A stretch of 64,000 nt of DNA, taken from IMG/VR virus record IMGVR_UViG_3300010885_050098, positions 12,358-76,357 of that record; one strand, written 5' to 3'. Below are positions 24,337 to 32,952 of the stretch, in pieces. The notes under the pieces are model-generated. The model was not told the origin of the DNA, made no database searches, and saw only the letters and a list, made by a program, of their open reading frames with translations. Every line of letters begins with the position of its first letter. The stretch's first letter is position 1. This stretch comes from a virus. The translations under genes were made by a program, and so were the position numbers.

Positions 24337-24530
24337 TAATCTGTCTCCTTGCTTAATCCAGCTCTACGATGAGTTAAAGATTCATCTTTTAAAGACGAGG
24401 AGCCGGGCCATGAACCGTAACCTAAATCATCGGCTTCATTTTTTGTAATTTTTCCTGTTACATAGGCTTTAAGAACGTCAACCTGTGCTGGACGAATTCC
24501 AAGGTTAAAATCACTTTTATTACGTGGCAT
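24336..24530 (-). CDS. hypothetical protein
   Basis: Coupled overlaps. Confidence 0.55.
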   Translation of the reverse strand: MPRNKSDFNLGIRPAQVDVLKAYVTGKITKNEADDLGYGSWPGSSSLKDESLTHRRAGLSKETD

Positions 24531-24859
24531 TAGACCTGTCCTAACGTATTACGGCTAGTTGACTCTGTTGTAGTCGCTTCGCCTGAAAAATCTTTACGGG
24601 TAGCCGCTCTACCAGTAAGTTCAATAATATCTTCAATCCCGTACTCTGTTTGGGTGTAACCATACTTATCTGGAAACATCTCAATTTGAGGCAAGTTTGG
24701 GCGAACCCAGAGCTGTATATCCTCAGAACTCATAGTAATTGAGGCTACGGCTTGATGAATTAAACGTGAGTGGTTGCTTTCAAAAGGTCCAATGTAATCT
24801 TGTGGCTGTTCATTCCAAGGTTTACGGCCATAAACGCCATCTGCAAATTTACCTGACAT
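24530..24859 (-). CDS. hypothetical protein
   Basis: Coupled overlaps. Confidence 0.6.
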   Translation of the reverse strand: MSGKFADGVYGRKPWNEQPQDYIGPFESNHSRLIHQAVASITMSSEDIQLWVRPNLPQIEMFPDKYGYTQTEYGIEDIIELTGRAATRKDFSGEATTTESTSRNTLGQV

Positions 24860-25062
24860 TATTCATCCTTTGATGGAATGTGGGTTGTCCAACGATCTTT
24901 TCCGTCGTCTAACTTTAATCTAATTCTGCTGGTACCAGTTTTATTTGGAACAATTTCTTCAATTTTTCCTTTAACACCAGAACTGTGTGTTGTGTATATG
25001 TCACCCAATTTAGGTGGTGTATATTTTCTTTTAGGATCGTTAGATCTATCTGGTGCGGGCAT
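24859..25062 (-). CDS. SH3-like small protein with DRSNDPKR N-terminus
   Basis: Paralogue of 6895..7083. Confidence 0.7.
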   Translation of the reverse strand: MPAPDRSNDPKRKYTPPKLGDIYTTHSSGVKGKIEEIVPNKTGTSRIRLKLDDGKDRWTTHIPSKDE

Positions 25063-25063
25063 A

Positions 25064-25603
25064 TTATTTCCAAGCTGGTCTCATGCGACCCCATTGATCA
25101 GCGCGTTTTCTATTTATTACGCCAGGGGAATCACTTTTTACAGTTGGTCCCGCTTTTCCATCATTAGGTAGATGTGGTGCTGGAACTAATTCAACTTCAT
25201 CACGATTCTTTTTAGTTTGAATAACACTACCAACTTGAACGCCTTTCATTTGGCGTTTAATTCCGCGATCAGGTTCAAATCCTGATGGGTAATAGTAATC
25301 ACTTGGATCAACACGTTCACCGCGGTGAACACCACGCTGGTAAGATTTTTGCCCAATACGATTTTTCATTCCATCTAACACACGATCAGATGTTGAACTT
25401 GGACGCCCACGATCATCACGACGTGAACGAATTGTTCCTAAATAACCATCTGGGTATTCTGCGGAAGGTTGTCGACCAACGCCCATGCGTGAAGTATCAA
25501 GCTCGGAACGAGCAACAGGTACGCCACCTCCACCGTATGTAGTGTTGGTGCCATACATGCCACCTGCGCCAAGTGATTGGACGTTTTGGTGAAGATTAGG
25601 CAT
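25064..25603 (-). CDS. conserved hypothetical protein (AEYPDGYLGTI...YQRGVH.GER)
   Basis: Leaderless start TACACT-6 nt-ATG. Confidence 0.7.
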   Translation of the reverse strand: MPNLHQNVQSLGAGGMYGTNTTYGGGGVPVARSELDTSRMGVGRQPSAEYPDGYLGTIRSRRDDRGRPSSTSDRVLDGMKNRIGQKSYQRGVHRGERVDPSDYYYPSGFEPDRGIKRQMKGVQVGSVIQTKKNRDEVELVPAPHLPNDGKAGPTVKSDSPGVINRKRADQWGRMRPAWK

Positions 25604-25617
25604 ACGCTAAGTGTAAG

Positions 25618-26790
25618 TTAGCGAACCCCGCCAAGTACGGTTAACTCCTTGCGAGGATCAAAACCTTCTCCAACAACCATTGAAATGATTCCGGGTGCTG
25701 ACTCAAGTCCTGACTTATCTCTAAACCAAGCGGATCCGCCATCCATTGCTGGGTTTTGTACAAACAAACGTGGTCCAACGCTTTGTGCACGGTAATGGTG
25801 ATAATGACCAACGTTAAGAATGTCAGCGTTTGCTACGGAACAACGTCCCATAATTTGACCTGCCCACCATTTAACCATGTCTCTAGCTTGGTGTCCGTGA
25901 GCCATTCCATACATAGCACCGCTTAAGTTAACTGTAAGTGTGCTGTCATCTGAGGCTGGGAATCTAAACTCAACGCGATCTTTAAGAAAATCGTTCTCAG
26001 CGCAAATGTCTGCAACTGATGCAACAACCTCAATCTGCCATGAATCTTCTGGGCGACCAACAAGGAATCGTTGAACCTCATCGTGGTTGCCCGGTACTAC
26101 TGGAACAATAATTTTTTCTGCAAGTGGGGCCATTGCTTTGATCTGCGCCATAAGAACGCGACGTCCTACGCGCACCTGCTCTGATACACCAATGTCATGG
26201 CGACCCATTACTTTACCTTTTTGACTTGTCATACCTTCAATGCAATCGCCAAGTTGTGGCAATGCAATTTGGTTAATTCCATATTTAGTTGCTAAATACT
26301 TATGACGTTCTACTGACTCATCTAATGACTTAAGCATTCTGTCAATAATTGCGGGTGTGTCATCTTTACCGTATTGGGTATCACCAACGCTATACACGGC
26401 AGTTAAATCACCTTTAAAATGTTCAACCTTTTCTGGCTTCCAATTATTTACTTGCTCTAAAAGTTTTTCTTGATCGTAATCCGCTTGACCGTGTGGGTGA
26501 ACTGGAACTACGTTTACTCTGAATGACTCTAGCCAATCTCCGTCATATTTTTGCCAACGTGATCGACGATGTGAAATAACAGCCCACTCGGCTGGATCTA
26601 AGTTTGCTTCTCTTAAAATTTCTTCGGCTCCGGGAGTATTGCCATCGGGCCTTGGCGTTGAAATAACAAAACCGCCGTCTGTTCCTATTTCAGAACGTGG
26701 TCTCCACGCATCTGGAATATCTTTTACTACGTTATCTGATCCTTCGTTTCCTGCTTTTATAAATTCGCTAAATTCATCCTTTAGAGCCAC
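25618..26790 (-). CDS. metallophosphoesterase (Mre11/SbcD-like)
   Basis: GDTQ, GDCIEG, PGNHD, HGH, GHYH motifs. Confidence 0.85.
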   Translation of the reverse strand: MALKDEFSEFIKAGNEGSDNVVKDIPDAWRPRSEIGTDGGFVISTPRPDGNTPGAEEILREANLDPAEWAVISHRRSRWQKYDGDWLESFRVNVVPVHPHGQADYDQEKLLEQVNNWKPEKVEHFKGDLTAVYSVGDTQYGKDDTPAIIDRMLKSLDESVERHKYLATKYGINQIALPQLGDCIEGMTSQKGKVMGRHDIGVSEQVRVGRRVLMAQIKAMAPLAEKIIVPVVPGNHDEVQRFLVGRPEDSWQIEVVASVADICAENDFLKDRVEFRFPASDDSTLTVNLSGAMYGMAHGHQARDMVKWWAGQIMGRCSVANADILNVGHYHHYRAQSVGPRLFVQNPAMDGGSAWFRDKSGLESAPGIISMVVGEGFDPRKELTVLGGVR

Positions 26791-26998
26791 ATGAACACCA
26801 TTTATTTCTGTGAGATTTGAATGCAGTTATTTTGGGAAATTTTTCATCTTTTCCATATAAAAATCTGTGCAAACTCGCTGTGGAGGCTGAATCATTTGCA
26901 AGCAGTAAATCAAAGTCTTTACGTAATTCTTCATCTTTGTCAGACAACCAATTAGCAACAGAGCAATAATTTCTTGCGTTAGGCGGGGTTCTTTCCAC
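26774..26998 (-). CDS. small Cys/His protein
   Basis: C...HR..WCSC. Confidence 0.55.
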   Translation of the reverse strand: MERTPPNARNYCSVANWLSDKDEELRKDFDLLLANDSASTASLHRFLYGKDEKFPKITAFKSHRNKWCSCGSKG

Positions 26999-27080
26999 AA
27001 GCCTATTTAATCACAACCGTGTAATTCCCACAAATGAGAAAGCCCCCCTTTACGTCGGGGGGCGGACGCCTAGTAACTAA

Positions 27081-27410
27081 CTAGGATTGGCTGTTAATGC
27101 CGTCGCGAAAGTTAGGCGCGGTTCTTTTAACAGCTGCCTGAAACAAACGACCGTTACCCTGAGTTGCCCCAGCTTCTGGTGATTTATATGCAGGAATCTT
27201 TGCAGTGATGCCGTATGCGGCTCCACTTGTTGCTTTTACGTTTTTACGAGCGCCAGTTGTTCCGCCCGCTCCACCTGAAGCAGTGTTCTTCTTTTTTACA
27301 AGCGTACCCGTTGTTTCACCTGATGCATTGCGTGCTTTTGTTCCAACACCGTCTACCGGTGTTGTTGAAGCAGGCGCAATAGGCGCTGGGTTCTTTATTG
27401 AATCTGTCAT
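27081..27410 (-). CDS. basic low-complexity hypothetical protein
   Basis: AAAGGA RBS; terminator-like hairpin downstream. Confidence 0.65.
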   Translation of the reverse strand: MTDSIKNPAPIAPASTTPVDGVGTKARNASGETTGTLVKKKNTASGGAGGTTGARKNVKATSGAAYGITAKIPAYKSPEAGATQGNGRLFQAAVKRTAPNFRDGINSQS

Positions 27411-27457
27411 TTAGTTTCCTTTGGCCAAAGGGGTTGGTAAATTAAAATGTAGCACTA

Positions 27458-27733
27458 TTAACTAGTTTTTACTTCGAATACGATGGCTGAAATTTGACCA
27501 TCATGGCTTTCAATACTGGCAAAACCGGGTACGCAAACTAGATCGATACCTCGTGGCGCTGTATAACCACGTGCGATTGCAATAGCTTTTACGGCCTGAT
27601 TAACGGCTCCAGCACCTACTGCACGGATCTTGCATCCACGAGTCTCATAGACGCTGTGGGCGATGGCTGAGGCCACCGACTGAGGGTTAGAACCTGCACC
27701 TACACGTAGGATGTTCTCTTCTTGCTCTGACAT
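27458..27733 (-). CDS. spoVS: SpoVS-family (Alba-like) protein
   Basis: LRV...S.P.SVA.AIA...IRAVGAGAVNQAVKAIAIARG..AP.GIDL. Confidence 0.9.
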   Translation of the reverse strand: MSEQEENILRVGAGSNPQSVASAIAHSVYETRGCKIRAVGAGAVNQAVKAIAIARGYTAPRGIDLVCVPGFASIESHDGQISAIVFEVKTS

Positions 27734-27784
27734 ATTATGCTCCTAGGGTTACGAATTATGTTCTCCTAGGGAAAAGTATGGGGT

Positions 27785-28006
27785 CTAGACCAAGTTTGGT
27801 CTGTCCAAAGGGGTAGGAGCTTTGGCGTAAGTTCCGCACAAAGAGCACTCCATATCAAGCAAATATTGGGACAGTTCATAGTCCTGAAAACTGGCTTTAA
27901 TGTTCCAAAGGGTGGATTCACATACAGGACATTCATGATGGATCTCATCGGCATGATCCATATTGCCCGTGTAATCGGGTTTTAATTCCCTAACTGACCT
28001 AGCCAT
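27785..28006 (-). CDS. zinc-ribbon protein
   Basis: CPVC...CSLCG...APTP. Confidence 0.6.
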   Translation of the reverse strand: MARSVRELKPDYTGNMDHADEIHHECPVCESTLWNIKASFQDYELSQYLLDMECSLCGTYAKAPTPLDRPNLV

Positions 28007-28229
28007 TGGCTTCTTTACGAAGTTTCTCTAAGAGTTCTTCGTTAGTTTTCATTTCTTTTTCAATAAGGGAACGTTCTTCTTCAGACAACTTATCTTTATT
28101 AACCTCATAAAATTCGTTTCCGGCTTTAACCCCAGTCTCAAAAATGGTTAACTGCATAATACGACGTTGCTGAATAAAATCTTGTTGTTCCGCAATCCTA
28201 AGAGCAATCTTTTCTTGTCGTTTACTCAT
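27999..28229 (-). CDS. hypothetical coiled-coil protein
   Basis: ORF in operon. Confidence 0.6.
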   Translation of the reverse strand: MSKRQEKIALRIAEQQDFIQQRRIMQLTIFETGVKAGNEFYEVNKDKLSEEERSLIEKEMKTNEELLEKLRKEANG

Positions 28230-28362
28230 CTACGTTTTCCTTTGCCCAGTCTATCCACTCAAACATTAAGTCATTAACATCAATAGTTTCAGAAAAACCT
28301 AATTCATGTAAATGCTCAATAAAATCGTCATCCGCTACCAATATCGGTAAGTTGTTAGTCAT
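28222..28362 (-). CDS. small acidic protein (46 aa)
   Basis: Read manually; ATGA overlap. Confidence 0.5.
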   Translation of the reverse strand: MTNNLPILVADDDFIEHLHELGFSETIDVNDLMFEWIDWAKENVDE

Positions 28363-28523
28363 GCTTTACCGCCCCATCCTCCACCTTTAAAATGAATTGC
28401 AGGCGGTGTAAATACTTTGGTTAAAGTTACATTACATCTTTCACATTTTGGAAACGGATTATCCGTAACCAAAATCTCTACAACCGTCTCACAGTTTACG
28501 CATTTAAAATCAAATCTTGGCAT
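28359..28523 (-). CDS. FmdB-family zinc-ribbon protein
   Basis: Read manually: MPRFDFKCVNC...CERC...KVFTPPAIHFKGGGWG. Confidence 0.75.
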   Translation of the reverse strand: MPRFDFKCVNCETVVEILVTDNPFPKCERCNVTLTKVFTPPAIHFKGGGWGGKA

Positions 28524-29095
28524 TATTTTTCTCTACTATCTGCGGTCTGTAATTTGTCATAGATTTCTTTTTCATAAGCCATCTTACCCTTTCCTGAGGC
28601 AATGTGCGCTAAGCCATATGAATCAGCGGCATTATCATCAGAAAATTCTACATTCCATTTCTTAAACACGTTTAGAAGCATTTGATTTTTTTGAATGCCG
28701 TTACCGCGTCCAGTAACGTATTTCTTTAAAGAAGTGGGAGCAACGATCAATGGGTAGTTTCCTTTACCAATGTTGTCCATTTCGTAAAGGGCAAGTTTTA
28801 CAGCACCCCCTAGTTCTCCTGATTGGGCTACCCCAAATTCACGACCATAAGCGTAACCTTCCATAGCAACATCTTTTACAACGCCCCTAACAACAGCATC
28901 AGAAAGTGTGCTCCTAAGATGTTCTTGTATTTCGGAAAGCCTTGAAACACCGCCACTATCAAATTTGGCAACTGTTGTTTCGTAAGAACTATCTGAACCT
29001 AAAATAGTTATAGCAAATCCACTATAGGACTGATCAATCCCAACATACAAATCAACTTCATTTGAATAACCCGGACCAAAAGTTTTTAATCTCAT
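28523..29095 (-). CDS. RuvC-like Holliday junction resolvase
   Basis: VGIDQSYSG, MEGYAY, DDNAADSYGLA. Confidence 0.8.
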   Translation of the reverse strand: MRLKTFGPGYSNEVDLYVGIDQSYSGFAITILGSDSSYETTVAKFDSGGVSRLSEIQEHLRSTLSDAVVRGVVKDVAMEGYAYGREFGVAQSGELGGAVKLALYEMDNIGKGNYPLIVAPTSLKKYVTGRGNGIQKNQMLLNVFKKWNVEFSDDNAADSYGLAHIASGKGKMAYEKEIYDKLQTADSREK

Positions 29096-29589
29096 GGGAA
29101 CATCCGAGTACTGCGATTTACCTGTCCGTTTGATGTTCGTCGGGTTAGTTCTCGGCTAGTCAATTGAGTGTTGCGCTCTACGTTACCAACCATAACTTCA
29201 ATTAATTTTTTGTAAGCGTACTTGGCGTTTAATGCCTCACGTAAATGAATAATTTCTGGATCAGAAGCCATACGAGCTTTCATAATTGTTACAGTTTCTT
29301 TTTTATTAGCTTCGTACGCTGAAATATAATTTTTACTTTCCGCAAAATCTAATGCGTGATCAGCATTTTTTTCGTCTATCAAAGCGCAGGCGTATTGAGC
29401 TGATAAAAAGTTAGCGTAAGAAGTTAACTCACCAAATAAATGCATGAGACCTTCGTCATCTAGCGTTGTTATATCTGTTGGCATATTAGGAACTTGCAAT
29501 TCCATTTTTGTGTGGAATTGGAAACCCTGCAATTGCAGGTTATCAATTACTGGTTGACTGGTACCAGCATTAATCGCTAACTCGCTCAT
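29092..29589 (-). CDS. helical hypothetical protein (possible recombination mediator)
   Basis: Position between nuclease genes; start at MSELAIN. Confidence 0.55.
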   Translation of the reverse strand: MSELAINAGTSQPVIDNLQLQGFQFHTKMELQVPNMPTDITTLDDEGLMHLFGELTSYANFLSAQYACALIDEKNADHALDFAESKNYISAYEANKKETVTIMKARMASDPEIIHLREALNAKYAYKKLIEVMVGNVERNTQLTSRELTRRTSNGQVNRSTRMFP

Positions 29590-30433
29590 CCTTCTCCTCC
29601 TTGTAATCGCTGCATTTGCCACAGCCTGTAACACCGCTAATGTTACATATAGGAGGGGTACCTTTGTCAATTGCTGCAATTATGTTAGCCGCTGCTTCAA
29701 ATAATTCGGAAATGCCCCAATCACTTTTTTGTATTACAAACTCTTTATGTTCATGCAAACCCTTTGCTTCATATAAAAGTAAAGCTTCTTGAGGAGCATC
29801 TGGCTGTCCCATAAGTTCTAACAATTTCATATAAATCTGCGCCTGGTGAATATGTTCTAAGAACGGAGCTTTAATTGCAGCCCACATTTTCTTAAAATCT
29901 CCGTTATGTTCATAAGCAATGTCCGGCGCGTACCACCGAATACTTCCCTCGCCAATAGTCTTAACTTCTAAAAGTAATGGATCTCCAAAATTAACCAGCC
30001 AACCATCAGCTTTACCTGAAATTCGAAGCGGATCAAAAAATACAGGAACCTCATTGTATTTAGTTCTACAACCACCTTGCACATGTTCGCTATGTAAACC
30101 AAACCATTCAAGATCGTGGGTGTAACAGTACCAAAGACCTTTTATTTGATCCATTTCTTTAAACCAAGTTTGAAACATATCGTGAGTAGCGTGACCAGTT
30201 CCAAAAATTGAAGCGCGTCGAAGGCTCATTACATCTGGTTTTGGTGTTTCTCCCTTTAACCAAAAGTACTGTGCTCTATGACACCAACTAGCGGAAGCCA
30301 TCTCTGATGGATGAATAACGGTTGTTGAACGAGGATCTTGAGGTTTAGAAATAAGGTGACGTTCTACCGCTCCTAAAACTCTGGTGCCTTTACCGGCATC
30401 TAAAAAGGCTTTCAATGCACCAGTTGGTTTCAT
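29570..30433 (-). CDS. Cas4-like PD-(D/E)xK exonuclease
   Basis: HPSE..C, ISGKADG...LEVKT, Q..IYM, C-terminal Cys trio. Confidence 0.8.
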   Translation of the reverse strand: MKPTGALKAFLDAGKGTRVLGAVERHLISKPQDPRSTTVIHPSEMASASWCHRAQYFWLKGETPKPDVMSLRRASIFGTGHATHDMFQTWFKEMDQIKGLWYCYTHDLEWFGLHSEHVQGGCRTKYNEVPVFFDPLRISGKADGWLVNFGDPLLLEVKTIGEGSIRWYAPDIAYEHNGDFKKMWAAIKAPFLEHIHQAQIYMKLLELMGQPDAPQEALLLYEAKGLHEHKEFVIQKSDWGISELFEAAANIIAAIDKGTPPICNISGVTGCGKCSDYKEEKDERVSD

Positions 30434-30756
30434 TTCTTTTTTACCCATTCCTCTAATGTTTTTCCATGTTTAGTGGCTTTACGTTTAAGAGCGTTACGCT
30501 CTCTATGAGATAAGCCACCCCATATACCGTGTTGTTCGTCGTTCCCGTCAGCATAAAGTAAACACTCTAGGCGCACGGGACATTCTGCCTTACCATCCTT
30601 GCCAAAGCAAACTGCCTTAGCTTTATCAGCAATGGGTTTATATAGTTTTTTATCTCGTGGCGGAAACCAATAATCTGTTTCTGGGTTTTCGCACATGCCA
30701 CGACACTTGGCTTGATAGCGCCACTTTTCTACACCTTCGTCTTCGTACAAGAGCAC
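30430..30756 (-). CDS. whiB: second WhiB-family transcription factor
   Basis: W...AKC...AKAVC...CPVR.ECL...GIWGGLS.RER. Confidence 0.88.
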   Translation of the reverse strand: MLLYEDEGVEKWRYQAKCRGMCENPETDYWFPPRDKKLYKPIADKAKAVCFGKDGKAECPVRLECLLYADGNDEQHGIWGGLSHRERNALKRKATKHGKTLEEWVKKK

Positions 30757-31067
30757 TCCAATATGGATTGGCGCAGCTCCAGAAAATCATCTTCCGTTAG
30801 CATTATGTAGTTTTCACCGTTTAGATGAAACCCGAGGACTGGGGTACGGCCATCAATAATTGCTTCAGTAACAATTTTTTCTAAAACCGCAGCCTTAACG
30901 GATACGGAAGCTTTGCCCGTCCACTTATGCTCTATGAGCAAATCTGCGGAACGAACATCGCCTTTACGACTCCAAAATGCTCCGCTGGCTGCTGTTCGTT
31001 TGCCACCGACTGCTTTTGCAAGTCTATCCTCGTGCTTCCTTGACTCCTTTTGTCCTTTACTCTTCAT
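30729..31067 (-). CDS. Hjc-like PD-(D/E)xK resolvase
   Basis: E...A...SGA...KGDV...IEHK. Confidence 0.7.
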   Translation of the reverse strand: MKSKGQKESRKHEDRLAKAVGGKRTAASGAFWSRKGDVRSADLLIEHKWTGKASVSVKAAVLEKIVTEAIIDGRTPVLGFHLNGENYIMLTEDDFLELRQSILECSCTKTKV

Positions 31068-32142
31068 CTTCGTCTGCGACTACTACGTACTTAGACCCAG
31101 CTCGGACTACTTCAAGAACATCCTTCTCCAGTGTTTCACGGAGGTCGATCTCCTCCTTGATGGAACTAACCATAGCATCAGATCCTTGCCACTGCCTTTG
31201 CTCACCATTGAAGGTGTAGCGGTAGTAAGCACCAGCTCGTGTAATAACCTTATTAATAATGCCCATAGCCACAATTTCTTTGGCAAAATCGTATTCGCCA
31301 GCAGGAACAGTTCCGCCATCGGCAAAATAAAAGTCCATAAAAGCAACCTGTGATGGAGGGGCTGATTTATTCTTTAAAGTTCTAGCCTTAATAGTTTGAC
31401 CTACACGGCGCTTAGAATCTCCTGTACCAACCTCAATCCACTCGTCGCGCTTAACTTCAACGCGGGTAAAGTAACTGTAGTTCTTTCCCTTACCGCCTGG
31501 GGTAGTGCGTGGATCTCCATACATAACTCCAACACGATCACGCCATTGATTAATCATAATTCCAATAAATGGACGTTCTTCTTCTGTAAGACTGCGCTTT
31601 GATGATTTGCCAACCTTACGAAAAAATTTATTGGTTAAGAGCGCCCCTCGTCCAACGGTGAATTCATCCATTTCTTTTTGATCTTCCGCGCTAGGAACGA
31701 GAGCAGGAAGGGAGTCGATAACAATACAATCAACAGACTTGCTTTCGATGAGTTGAATAACCGCTTCATAAACTTCCTCCATGATATTTGATTCAATGAC
31801 AAACAGGCGGGATACGTCTACCCCACATAATTCAGCGTATGTAGGAACCCATTGCTCTGCAGCAACCCATACCGTTGTAAATTCAGGGTTCTTCTTTTGA
31901 TTTGCTGCAATTGTTTTAAATGCAAGTGCAGTCTTACCGTTAGATTCTTCTCCAACAATTTCATGCCATTGATTAATTGGCCAGCCACCACCAAGTGCAA
32001 CGTCAAGTGAAAGTGAACCCGTGGGGAATCGTTCTGACAAGTCTCTAATATCTGATCCAAGAACAATAGTGTCTTGACCAAACTTCTTATTTAGTTTTGC
32101 AATTACTCGTAATACTTCCGTGTTATGCGCCATTGTTTTCAT
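31057..32142 (-). CDS. recA: RecA-like recombinase
   Basis: PTGSLSLDVALGGG, GEESNGKT, IVIDS, INQ.R, TPGG. Confidence 0.93.
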   Translation of the reverse strand: MKTMAHNTEVLRVIAKLNKKFGQDTIVLGSDIRDLSERFPTGSLSLDVALGGGWPINQWHEIVGEESNGKTALAFKTIAANQKKNPEFTTVWVAAEQWVPTYAELCGVDVSRLFVIESNIMEEVYEAVIQLIESKSVDCIVIDSLPALVPSAEDQKEMDEFTVGRGALLTNKFFRKVGKSSKRSLTEEERPFIGIMINQWRDRVGVMYGDPRTTPGGKGKNYSYFTRVEVKRDEWIEVGTGDSKRRVGQTIKARTLKNKSAPPSQVAFMDFYFADGGTVPAGEYDFAKEIVAMGIINKVITRAGAYYRYTFNGEQRQWQGSDAMVSSIKEEIDLRETLEKDVLEVVRAGSKYVVVADEDEE

Positions 32143-32513
32143 TATCCCAATTTCCCGATGATTGTTGTTGGATTCCATCCGCCTGTTGCTACTTGCACTG
32201 CTGGTACAGCAGGTCCTGAAGCCTGTGGGCCACCAGTAATTCCTTTACCTAAACCACTACCGCTTTGAACAATTGGATAACCGCAATCATAACAACGCGC
32301 TTTAGTTCCTTCAATTGATCCGTAGTTTCCACTTCCGCAACCGGGGCATCTTGATGCATTTGCTGATGCTGTTGGGCGAGCGCCTTGTTGTGGTTGAGAC
32401 GGTGGTGTGTACGCCATTGGGATCTGCGACGGAGGTAAAGGCATCTCTTGTCTTGGTTGCGGTGACTGTGGTGCCTGTCCTGCAAGTTTATTTGCCCACC
32501 AATTAGTGCTCAC
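32142..32513 (-). CDS. Pro/Gln-rich protein with zinc ribbon
   Basis: CPGCGS...CYDCGYP. Confidence 0.6.
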   Translation of the reverse strand: MSTNWWANKLAGQAPQSPQPRQEMPLPPSQIPMAYTPPSQPQQGARPTASANASRCPGCGSGNYGSIEGTKARCYDCGYPIVQSGSGLGKGITGGPQASGPAVPAVQVATGGWNPTTIIGKLG

Positions 32514-32952
32514 GTAGTTCTCCTCTGATTGCGTTGGTGCTAATAATACCTAATTCTAACGCGGATGCAAAAGCCGAGACTAAGGCTGAGTACCCTACCT
32601 GGCGGTACATCTCTTCAATATGTTCGCGTTCACTCTTAAGAGTTTCCTCATCAATTTGGTTAGTTTCAACATAATGATCAAATTGAAGGTTAGCTATTGA
32701 TTGTGCATTTATATCCGTAATAGTTTCTAAAAATGGCATTAAAGGAAGTACGCGAGAAAGCCGAAGATCACTTGCTTCTTCTTCTAAATAATTACCCTCT
32801 TCGCTGACGGGAACCATGCCCGCGGACTCAGACAAAACGTTTGGCTCTTCAAGTCCAGCATCATAGAAATACCATCTTGCTAAAGCATTCAAAGGAATTT
32901 CTGTTATTCCATGTTCTGGGTGTGGTTTTTCTTTTTTCCAAAATTTCCATGT
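32503..32952 (-). CDS. hypothetical protein
   Basis: ORF coupled to polA. Confidence 0.6.
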   Translation of the reverse strand, partial: TWKFWKKEKPHPEHGITEIPLNALARWYFYDAGLEEPNVLSESAGMVPVSEEGNYLEEEASDLRLSRVLPLMPFLETITDINAQSIANLQFDHYVETNQIDEETLKSEREHIEEMYRQVGYSALVSAFASALELGIISTNAIRGELREH

